64,000 bases of DNA from Hypanus sabinus (Eukaryota), in the NCBI RefSeq assembly GCF_030144855.1, contig NW_026779118.1, positions 1 through 64,000 of the forward strand. The letters are read 5' to 3'. Both the position numbers and the translations under genes were made by a program. How positions within the stretch are numbered: the stretch's first letter is position 1; every line of letters starts with the position of its first letter. A model generated the notes under the pieces. The model made no database searches, was not told the DNA's origin, and saw only the letters and a list, made by a program, of their open reading frames with translations. Shown piece by piece: positions 49,743 to 61,200 of the stretch.

Positions 49743-50813
49743 AAAGGAATACTGAGTTGCTCTGACCGTATTTCTGGTTCAATTTTGAACGGCTGAAAAA
49801 TGAGGAAATGACGACAACAGCTTCCCATTCTGTTTTCTATAATTAGCAGACACTGCAGTTTGAGACATTGCTGCAGAGCAAACGAATTCAATTACAACAT
49901 GCACCTTCCCTTGCTCCAGGACCAGCAGGGAATGGCCGATGTCTGCAGTGTCTATAGAATGCAGCACAGTTACTCGCCAGGACTATTCTGCAAGAACATT
50001 CGGACCACCATTCACACCACTACCAACTACCTGACCCCCAACTAGCAACCGTGCTCGTCAGCAAGGTCAAATAAGAGGGCGAAGGTCAGCAAGAAAAATG
50101 AGGAACAAGGCGATTAAGCGTCACTTTTGCTAGCAAGGAAATCGTTGTGTATGTATGTTATGTAAATTCTGCACGGACATGGGAAACAAGCCGACAGTCT
50201 TTCCCGCTGCCCACTCCCTTCCTGAAAGATTAACGAGGCTTTGCAGGCTTTACCTTGTAAAACATTTTCATTCTGATTGAATTTCATTTTGAATTTTTCA
50301 CCCCATCCCCCCGTTGGCTCCTGGGATCTCTGCGACTGCGTGCAGGGCCTCAGTTTTGGCGACCCTGCTTCTTCACGGGGGACGGACTAGAGTCAGGCAC
50401 TGCTCGCTAGCTGGGTTTGAACAACAATGCCGACCTGGCTGATATCACCATCATCGGAAACTTGCAGGAGGATTGGTTCTGTAGCCTATATCTTAATATT
50501 TATTATATTCCTACGGAATAGAATCAGGGCTTGAGAATGGGCTGAGAGGGTACTGAGTGCGGTGTAAGTATTATACCTAGTACAAGCTCCAACTACGATG
50601 AAAAAACAGGCTATTATTTACATCGATGTGTAAACCGTGTTCACCGTGATCTTGGGGGTAGGGGGGTATGATCGGTAGAGGTGAAAATGGGTTGTTTTGA
50701 CCGTATGTCAGGTTCAATTACAACAGCTGTAGAACTGTGAGGGAGTAATTACAACAATTTCGTATTTCTGACATCCATTATTAGCAGACTGTGTAGTGTT
50801 AGACCCAGTGTAG

Positions 50814-51160
50814 TGTCACGTACACCGTGACCGGGTTACCGAACCAGCAGAAATGTAATACACTTTAGAGTCTGGTATTACTGTAACTAACTGTGTTTAT
50901 TAGTAAATTAACAAATACAGTACTGTAAAAGTGCAAATTTATGAAACAGGTTAGCAATGATATATACAGAAGTGCAGACACAGTAATCAAAACCAAGCGG
51001 TTTCAAAGTCTAGGGGTAAATGGATAGTCTTACGATGCTGAAGACTTCAGTTCAGTTCAGGTCGACGCAGCTGCTGGTGTAACGTTGGCTGGAGAGAGAG
51101 TTGGATTGAGACAGAGGGAGCGGAAGGCTCGTCACACTGACTTACCTATTATTATCGGTC
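50814..51160 (-). mobile_element. Partial LTR of the same Gypsy family
   Basis: Reverse complement of the 27711-27981 LTR end (TGTCACG...GGGTTACCGAACCAG). Confidence 0.75.
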
Positions 51161-51469
51161 TGGGTAGTGTTAGACCCTGCTACAGAACAAACGAATGGAA
51201 AGGCAACATGCAAGTTCCGTTCCCCCACAACCGGCACGTAATGGCCGATTTCTACACAGACTACAAAATGTAGCACAGTAACCTACCACGAGTATTCTCG
51301 TAGAAACTCCGGACCATCACTCCCACCACTATCAACTACCACTCCCCCTCCTTATCTAATGATCTAGAGCTGAAGACGAAGATCAGCAAGGAAAAAAAGT
51401 GGAACAAGGAGATTAAACACTACTATTGTCCTTCAGTTAATTTTGTCCCGGACGAACCCCCGATTTGCA

Positions 51470-52370
51470 ATTTACACCGTGACCGGGTTACCGAACCTGC
51501 AGAAATGGAAAACACTTTGGAGTCTGGTATTACTGTAACTAACAGTGTTTATTAGTAAGCTAACTAATACAGTACTGTAAAAGTGCAAATATATGAAACA
51601 TGTTAGCAATGATATATACAGGAGTGTAGACACAGTAATCAGTTCAGTTCAGTTTAGGTCGAGGTAGTTCGGGTGTAACGTTTGAGAGAGAACGAGTGCG
51701 AGANNNNNNNNNNNNNNNNNNNNNNNNNNNNNNNNNNNNNNNNNNNNNNNNNNNNNNNNNNNNNNNNNNNNNNNNNNNNNNNNNNNNNNNNNNNNNNNNN
51801 NNNNNNNNNNNNNNNNNNNNNNNNNNNNNNNNNNNNNNNNNNNNNNNNNNNTCTTTCCGTTGTCTTCCTGTTGCGGTGACCGACTGTGATCATACCAGTC
51901 ACGACCTTTCTTCAGTGGTAGACCTGTCACCTAGGCAAGGGTGGACACGCAAATAAGCCCCTGCCGGTCGCACACTGTGAGCCTCTGATCGATCCTCCAA
52001 ATCTCCACCATCACGTTGGTGCATAACACTCTTTTAGTGTCCCGTGGTGTGCCTCCCTGGAGTGTCTGCCTACGTCTTCGCAGACCTGCATTTTATCTCC
52101 TCTTGCAGGGCTCCGACCGTCTATTAGGCCCCGGTCCCTGCTTGCTGTCTCTGCATGAATTTCACAAGCAGGTAAAGAAAGTGTCCTTGCAGCAAAGACA
52201 TAATATTAAATCATGTTTCTCTCTCCCTCATCTGGGCAGATATCTCTCTCATCTCTCATTAGCAGCATAGTTCATGGGGGTGGGGTCAACTCTGGACCAT
52301 GTTAGCTTGGTTTGCTCATCACACCCTCACCCCTCATCGTTTTAGGACATTTTTACGTGGGGGGGAAATT
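51470..52370 (-). mobile_element. LTR of the same family with PPT remnant, spanning an assembly gap
   Basis: Ends ...TTTGCTCATCACA at about 52322 (reverse of the LTR start TGTGATGAGCAAACC), followed by the PPT complement CCCTCACCCCTC. Confidence 0.75.
51704..51850. other. Assembly gap (147 N)
   Basis: N run at the (GA)n tract of an LTR. Confidence 1.
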
Positions 52371-55243
52371 AAACATGCATGTACATTACATGTCATATGT
52401 CATTCAATCTGCTGTTTTCAAGCGGAGATCAGAGCAAGACATGATTGTGTCTATGATCTAGGATCAGAAGCATAAAATAAATAATAAATCAAAACAAGAA
52501 GAAAAGTTGCGGCAGTATTCATGGGTCCAGAGGTCATTCAGATATCTGATGGTGGAGGAGCGCCACTGTCCCGGGTGGACTGAACGACTGCCTTCATGTT
52601 TATATACCCCCTCCCTGAGAGAAACATCAATAATTGGACATAAATGACCTAATAATTCATGACTGTTAATGGAAATAAAACAACTTCAGAATGTTTTAAA
52701 AAGAGAAAACAGTAAACAATGAAGGGCAATTTCCCTGTCTCTGATATTCTAGCCTCTACACCACTCCGTCTCTGAAACCGGAACCATTCTATGCACACCC
52801 TCCCTGTCTCTTTAGATATCTTGCCCCCACGCCCATCAAACTCTATGAGTGCTCCGGCAGCAAAACCGATCTGTTTCTCTGTAACCACAGCCTGCCCCCA
52901 AAACCACCTGCACCACTACACAGCTGCCGGACTCTTCACCCCGCTCCTGCCCCGCATCTGTAATCTGGAGCCTCCGCCAGTCCCCAGAACTTTTCTGTTT
53001 CTTTGTCCCTCTTCAAGCACTACACCCTTCCCCGTTTCTCTATGGGCTTCTGGCCTCTACAGACACTCTCTCTTTGTATCCATATCAATCGCTACTCCCC
53101 TCACTGTCTCTGTAACCCTCCCAGGCCTCTATCGCCTTCTATATCTCTAAACCTGCCTGTACCCTCAATGAAACAGTCAATGTCGTTGGGAGTCATGGCC
53201 GTGCACATGTGTAGATCATATTTTCACTTGTTAATGTCGTTGGGAGACATGGCCGTGCACATGTGTAGATCATATTTTCACTTGTCGGACGCATTTCTTG
53301 TCGGGAAAAATTGTAAGTTTGAATCTGGTTTGAGTGTGGCAAATATGGATATATGATATATATGTACATTATTTTAATTACATCTTACGGAAATGAATGT
53401 TTGGGAAATTCTAACCCAATCCGCTCAGTGAGGGGTTTGTTAAGGGAGAGGTGATAAATTCCTGCCTTGCCAACAACACCCAGACCCATCCCTTAAAAGA
53501 ACAAACAATCCGCACCACCCTTTGATGAAAATATTCCTCTGGAAATTGTTTCCCTGGTGACCATTTCTGGGTGAGTTATGTCTCAGAGGGGAGAATAAGC
53601 TCGCTGTGTAATCTATCAACACACAATGATATTGGAAAAATCAGCCCACCTCCCTTACCCCCAGAGCCCGAGAAACTTACCCCTTACTGCTAACCCTCTC
53701 TGCTCCTCACTCAGCCATCTAAATGATAACAACTGGGTCTGGATGCCTCGATCAAATTTAAAATCAGCACCAAGTCCATCATCACTGACATATGGCCTTC
53801 AGTCTGTTGTTTTGTGGCGGAGATACAAGTTCAACAAAAATCATTTCACGAGATTACAGTGAAACATCGACACGAGGGAGACTGATGAAACAACCACATG
53901 AAGTGATCAAACTACGTGATCAATCAGCATTCTGCAAATAAGAAGCAACGTCACATTTCGGCGTATAGGAACATTGGAAAAGGGGGCTGAATCAATGTCC
54001 CGGATTGATAAATTTTCACCGTGCCAATTCGCGCAGTAATCAGGAGTCAACTCGGGGTTTCAGAACCGTTTTCCATTTTATTGCATTTATTATTCAGCCA
54101 TGAAGCGAGGAGTCGTCACTTCGGGCCTTTCAGCGACCGATGACAAACCCGATTAACAGAAGAGATTTACAAGGATGTTGCCTGGATTGGGGAACATACC
54201 TTCTGGGAACAGGTTCAGCCGAAATTTGCGTTTCATCCTTGGAGCGACGGAGGATGGGCGGTGACCTGATTGATGCGTATAAGATAATCAGAGGCATTGA
54301 TCGTGCAAGAGCAAGAGGCTTTTCTCCAGGGCTGAAATGGCGAACACGATGGGCACAGGTTTATTGTGCTCGGAAGTAGGTACAAGGAGATGCCAGGGGT
54401 ACGTTTTTCACACAGAGAGTAATGGGTGCGTGGCGAGCGAAGGCCGACACAATGGGACTTTCCAGAGACTGTGAGATTGGCACATTGAGCTCAGAACCAT
54501 AGAGGGCTATGCGGTAGGGTAATTTTGCTATATAGATCAGACATTGCAGCTCAAACACAACTGACCACGTGTTGAGAATAGAGTACGGCCGGGATAGGGA
54601 TTCGAACAGCGGTCATTTTATGGGAATCCCCTGACACTCCACAGCACCAGTCTGGGTTGATGCGAGAGAACTAAGCTGCTGCGACGGAAACGAGACAGAA
54701 TCTTCTGTGATGTCTTTGTCGTGAGGCTAGGAAACGCGGAAGAGGTTTAATAGAGACCTGGAGAACGATTACAAAGAAAAAAAAAACATTTTGAACGGTG
54801 GATTTATCCTGGATGGTTGTCCATTCTCTGTGCCAATTCACGATCCAATCATCGGCTTCCGTTCACAGTGACGTCAGCTGCGGAAACAATTCACAATTTA
54901 TGTTGACTACGTCAGCAACCCGAAAGTGTGGCTGCTGGTGAGGGTAAATACGGGTGATGATTTCAGAATCTGTGTCTGACATTGTGACAATGCAACCGCA
55001 ATTAATATTTTTTTATATCGCAAGAGACCCAGGAAAAGTGTTCCTTTCAATATCAATATATCGCTGTGCGACGCCGCCTGACTCCAGTCTTGCTCTGTTA
55101 CTTGTCTCTAAACTTCCAATCTCAGTGTGACTATGAGATGAGCACAACCAGGACCATGCACGGCCCATTGGCTTGAAATTAGTGAATAGCTTTCCTTTAC
55201 AAGTGAAATTGCGTGTCGGCAGCCCCAGATTTGGTTCACATAC

Positions 55244-55287
55244 CTGTTCAGATCACCGTAAACAGATCGATACTCCAGGATAAGACC
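55244..55287 (-). CDS. Gene 2 cytoplasmic exon 4 (GLILEYRSVYGDLN-R; completes the ITAM)
   Basis: TTAACAG| acceptor and probable donor AG|GTATGT; joined to exon 3 it gives D-S-T-YTGL-x7-YGDL. Confidence 0.78.
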
Positions 55288-58200
55288 CTGTTAATGCGAG
55301 GAAATCAGCAGGATTAGTAAAAATTATTACCAAAAGCATTTATGTGTCAGAGAAGAATTAGAAGAACATTGAAAAGGACCAACGCATTCTTAACAATTCG
55401 TGTCTGAGAGAAACACGGAACAGTCGGGCCATGATGAAGAGAGGATCAGAGACACAGTTATGATTATTAAATATCGCAGAAAGCACTATAAGTTCACAAG
55501 AGCATAAAACACAAGAGCAGAATTAGGCCCTACGGTACATTGGCCTCCTCCACCATTCTATAATGACGGATGAATTTTCCCTCCCAACCCTAATCATCTG
55601 CTTTCACTCTGCAATACTTGAAACAATCAACGTTGTTTCGCGTAACCCGGGGCCTTTGTCCCCAGAGCCATAAGGGACAAACATATTACAGAGATACACC
55701 ACACTTCGGCTAAAGATATTCCTCCTCATCGCTCTCTTCTGAGGGGTTCTCTGCATTCCATCGTAGAGGAATTAGTACTCACATCATCCATTCCGTACCA
55801 TGCATACCGCAGCGCCGCCCTCTGGTCCCAGACCAGCACCCCGTCCTTCACGTTGAGAGGATCGCTCCACGCCCAGACAGTATAGGTCTTCCAATTATTC
55901 ATCTTTCAATGAGCTCACCCTTTCCTTCTTCAAAACAGAAGTAGACAGAGGCCTCAAGCTAACAGGCGTATCAGCTCCTGTCGTTTACTTCCCTTTCTTC
56001 AAGAAGAGCAAAGTAATGTTTGCAAATTTCCAATCCTCCAAAACAATTCCATGATGGTATGAGTACTAATTCCTTTACGACCACTTCACCGGCCTATTTC
56101 AGACGCCTGGCGTGCAGTCAATCTCATCCATTCACCCCAGGTTATTTATCCACCTTCCAGATTGTCTGGCATCTTCTGCTTATTATAGTGGCTGCAACCA
56201 CTTCCGTGTCCTGACACTGTCATACTGATGGTGTCTTCAACAGTGAAGGCGAACACGTGATACTTAATGAGTTCCTCCGCCATTTCTGCCTCCACCCGTT
56301 ACAGAAACTTCGACATTCTTGCTGTCCAGAGTCTCACTTCAGGTTCTGAAGCGGAAACAATTGCTTCCAAAAGGGATTGACGCTAATGTTTCCCTTACCG
56401 TGTAAGTGGAGTCTCCATCCTGCGCATTGTTCCTTGCACCCTTGAAAGAGAAGATTACGTGTTATTTTTGAGACGTTTAAACAAGTTCACAGCAATTGTA
56501 TTCTGACTCTCCGCCGATAAACACCGGGAGTATCAATGTATCACATTAGTTTGTATTTGGGGTAATATTGCCTCGTTTACCATTCGCTGCACCGCGTGTT
56601 TCCGATTCAGTGTGTGTGGAGTTACTCACATTGATCGGACATTTTAAAAGACTCTTTCATGAAATGTATTACAGCAAGGGTAAGATGTGATTTTGCATCA
56701 TTCAGGAGTTAGGGATTCTGGGGAATTCTGAGGAAATTCTGCAGGTGCTGGAATCTCACACACAAAATGCCGAAGGGCTCAGAGTGTCGGGCAACATTAA
56801 TGGAATTCATTAAGCCGTTCACGTTTTGTGTAGAGACCCTCTACTGGGCTGGAAAGAAGGCAGGAAGACGCCTGGACAGAATGGTGGCCAGGGGAATGAG
56901 CACTGGCTGGGAGGTGAGGCCTGAAAGGGGGAAAGGATGAAGAAAAGTAAAATGTAGAAACATAGAAAACCAACAACACAATACAGGCCCTTCCTCCCAC
57001 AAAGTTGTGCTGTACACAACCCTACCTTAGAAATTACTAGGCTTAACTTAATCCCTCTATTTTACTCAGCTCCATGTACCTATCCAAAAGCCTCTTAAAA
57101 GACCCTATTTTATACGGCCTCCACTCCATTGCCGGTAGCCCATTCCACGCACTCACCACTCTTTGAGTAAAAAAACTTACCCCTGACATCTCCTCTGTAC
57201 CTACTCCCCAGCACCTTAAACCTGTGTCCTCTTGTAGCAAGCATTTCAGCCCTGGGAAAAAAGTCTCTGACTATCCACACGATTAATGCCTCTCATCATC
57301 TTGTACGCCTCTATCAGGTCACGTCTCATCTTCCTCCGCTCCAAGGAGAAATGGCCGAGTTCACTCGAACTATTCTCATAAGGCATGCTCGCCAATCCAG
57401 GCAACATCCTTACAAATCTCCCCTGCACCCTTTCTATGGCTTCCACATCCTTCCTGTAGTGATGCGACCAGAACTGAGCACAGTACTCCAGGTGGGGTGT
57501 GACCAGGGTCCTATACAGCTGCAACATTACCTCTCGGCTCCTGAATTCAATCCCACGGTTGATGAAGGTCAATACACCATACGCATTCTTAACCACAGTG
57601 AACCGATTGCAGAGGCGAGTGTGCCATAGGGGAAGGGGAAGAGGGAGGGTCACTGGAGGGAGTTGATGGGCAGGTGAGGAGAAGATGTAAGAGGCCGGAG
57701 TGGAAAATAGAAGAAGAGAGAAGTGAACAGAAATACTGGTGGGATAAGGTCGATGTTCATGCCATCAGGTTTGGGTCTACTTTGCGGAATATAATGTGTT
57801 GTTTCTCCATTAACGGAAAATAAGATCCGTGATCGATCATCCAGGATCTTGTTAAATGCCCCATTGGTGCCGAAGGGCCCGAGGGACGCTACCCATCACA
57901 TTACTTATGTTCCTTTTTCCCTCTTTGAAAAGAAATGAGTGAGATCACGGACATAATGCAAACATCCAACCTGTTCATCCATTTGGACATTTTCATAATA
58001 TTCCGATGAGTTGACGGTCTTTGTATCGAAGTCGCCTGAGGAAACAAAACAGATATGGCACAAGGGTGCAGCGCGTCAGGGGGCTTTGTTGAACACAGCA
58101 GACGTCAAACCGGCCCGGAAGAAAAAGTCATTGAGAGGATGAGCTCCCTTCCCACCAATCGCCGGAACCAGGAATTGAGGGCCGATATTGATCAATATGG

Positions 58201-61200
58201 AGAGAAATTAAGTTGCATGAACTACCATCCCATTACTTCGCTGATATTGTAATCTTCAGCAGAAGCTTTCAGCTAAAATAACTGGAAAACCCAACGGTAA
58301 AAGTCGCATCATCCGTGACCATTCGCTCGGATGACCAGCTCCAGCTTCAGTGGACTAGGAGCTCCCAGATTAAAATCAAATGCTGAGATTCCCCTGGACT
58401 CAGTATTAGGACAGTTGAAACGGTGTTCACTCACTTTTCCATCCGGAATTTCTGCCCGTGCCAGATGTAGATTTCGGTGGATATATGATGCTGAATAAAC
58501 TGAAACAAAGACAAGAAAATAATTCGTCAGGAACTTAATTTCCTGCGCTGATGCACCGAATGAGAATTGCCTCTATAATTCCATTCGATTCTCTCCAGAT
58601 ATCCCTTAATAACGTTTTGTTTATCGGATGCCCTGTACCAGGCGAGCTCGATAGCATCGACAGATGGGTTAAGTAGACAAAACTGCTTTGGCCTTTTTGA
58701 CAGATAAGGCTGTTCACACACATATTGCTGAACGCAAACCTCTTTCAGACAAATTTCGGACAGACAACTTCGCCGTGAAGGCGGAATGCTGATTCTGTCC
58801 GCAGATGGGCCCTGATCCCAGCTGAAGTCGACTCTGCCGAAATTCACATTCAATTATTAAAGGTAGGAACGAAATTCGTAGAGAAATGCAATTACCCGCC
58901 AGCTTTTCTTGCGAACAGCCATCCACTGAATCCTCCCACCAGGCCCGTGATAAGTAAACCGAGTATAATGCCCACGATCGCGCCAGCCCGGAAGGTACAA
59001 TTTTCATCTGTTTTTGGTGATGACACAGAAAACAAGCATATATTTTACATGGCGAAAACTCATCTTTATTTAAGAATGATAATTGATCCACGCTCTGGAA
59101 ACTTCTGGTCGCTGGTCTCGATATTGAATCAATTTAAATCAATTACTCTTTTATTCTGGTAGGCCACTTAGAAGGAGGATTGAAGGTAGGGCGTGAGGAA
59201 AGCGTAAGAAGGAAACGGTTTGAATCTTTGATCATCGGGTTTACATGAACGAATGAGAGACACATTCACTCACCGTGTGCGCTAACTACACCTTGTAAGA
59301 TAACTGGTCCTGTTGGTTACGCCGTTATTAATCCGACATGTATAACTCCCAACGTCAACCGAGCTCACCGACTCAAGGGTGAGTTCCTGCCCTGTCTGCA
59401 GGAGATTGTTCCCATTATCACTGACACAAGGGTGAGATCCTGCCCTGTCTGCAGGAGATTGTTCCCATTGTCACTGACACAAGGGTGAGTTCCTGCCCTG
59501 TCTGCAGGAGATTGTTCCCATTGTCACTGAGACAAGGGTGAGTTCCTGCCCTGTCTGCAGGAGATTGTTCCCATTGTCACTGATACAATGGTGAGTTCCT
59601 GCCCTGTCTGCAGGAGATTGTTCCCATTGTCACTGACACAAGGGTGAGTTCCTGCCCTGTCTGCAGGAGATTGTTCCCATTGTCACTGATACAAGGGTGA
59701 GTTCCTGCCCTGTCTGCAGGAGATTGTTCCCATTGTCACTGACACAAGGGTGAGTTCCTGCCCTGTCTGCAGGAGATTGTTCCCATTGTCACTGACACAA
59801 GGGTGAGTTCCTGCCCTGTCTGCAGGAGATTGTTCCCATTGTCACTGACACAAGGGTGAGTTCCTGCCCTGTCTGCAGGAGATTGTTCCCATTGTCACTG
59901 ATACAAGGGTGAGTTCCTGCCCTGTCTGCAGGAGATTGTTCCCATTGTCACTGACACAAGGGTGAGTTCCTGCCCTGTCTGCAGGAGATTGTTCCCATTG
60001 TCACTGATTTCAAGGGTGAGTTCCTGCCCTGTCTGCAGGAGATTGTTCCCATTGTCACTGACACAAGGGTGAGTTCCTGCCCTGTCTGCAGGAGATTGTT
60101 CCCATTGTCACTGATACAAGGGTGAGTTCCTGCCCTGTCTGCATGAGATTGTTCCCATTGTCACTGACACAAGGGTGAGTTCCTGCCCTGTCTGCAGGAG
60201 ATTGTTCCCATTGTCACTGACATAAGGGTGAGTTCCTGCCCTGTCTGCAGGAGATTGTTCCCATTGTCACTGACGCAAGGGTGAGTTCCTGCCCTGTCTG
60301 CCGGAGATTGTTCCCATTGTCACTGACACAAGGGTGAGTTCCTGCCCTGTCTGCCGGAGATTGTCCCCCTTGTACCATGAATATATACCACAGGGGACTG
60401 ACAGAGCAAAGCAAGTTAATGTCAGGTTTGACACTATATTGGACACAACTGGACGCTCCGGTTCAATTCTGAACTTCTCTGATCCATTTATAAAATGAAA
60501 AGTGCTGATTAGAGAAAAATCCTGATGGATACGGGATATTATGACCTTCTGTCTTCATTGAAAAGATGAGAGCAAATGTTGTTTAGTGTAATATCTGATA
60601 CAAATGAACGCGGTTGACTAACTGTTTACTCACAGTAAACTTGCACGTTGGTCACTCCAGCGCCACTGCTGAATGAATTGCTGGCGATGCACTTGTACGT
60701 CCCTGCGTCGTTTCTGTTAGCTCTGATTATAGTCAGTTTCGCCTTGTCGGGGGATGTAAATATTCTGCCGTTTTCCTGGATGGGTTGGTTATCCTTGAAC
60801 CATGTCCGTGTCTGAACAGTGCCCGACGCGGGACAGCTGAGTGTGATGGTATCGGGGTCTTCAAGGGGGTTGGGATCACTGGCCACGACAGTAACCCCAG
60901 TCACTGTCTCTGTAAATACAATTGAAATGTACATAGATTTACACGGGGTTTTATCTACAACACGAGAATAATATTTGGATGCTGCCAGCTCAATATCGTC
61001 GGCATTCCCAGTTCTTATCCCTATGTGTTTCGATATCAAGTCAGTATCCAGCTTGAACTAAACGCCGGCACTGAGTTTAAAGTTTTACTGCTGTTACCCA
61101 AGGGGACGGTGAGCAACCTATTCCCATTTCAGATGTTCCTCAATACATGGATATTCCTGCAGTAAGAACATACATTCTCCAGCAAAGCAGACTAAAACAG

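Noticed and set aside
59375-60385. CRISPR-like appearance of the 53-bp array (and the 99-bp array)
   Set aside because: Head-to-tail units without unique spacers, derived from eukaryotic coding sequence; no cas genes
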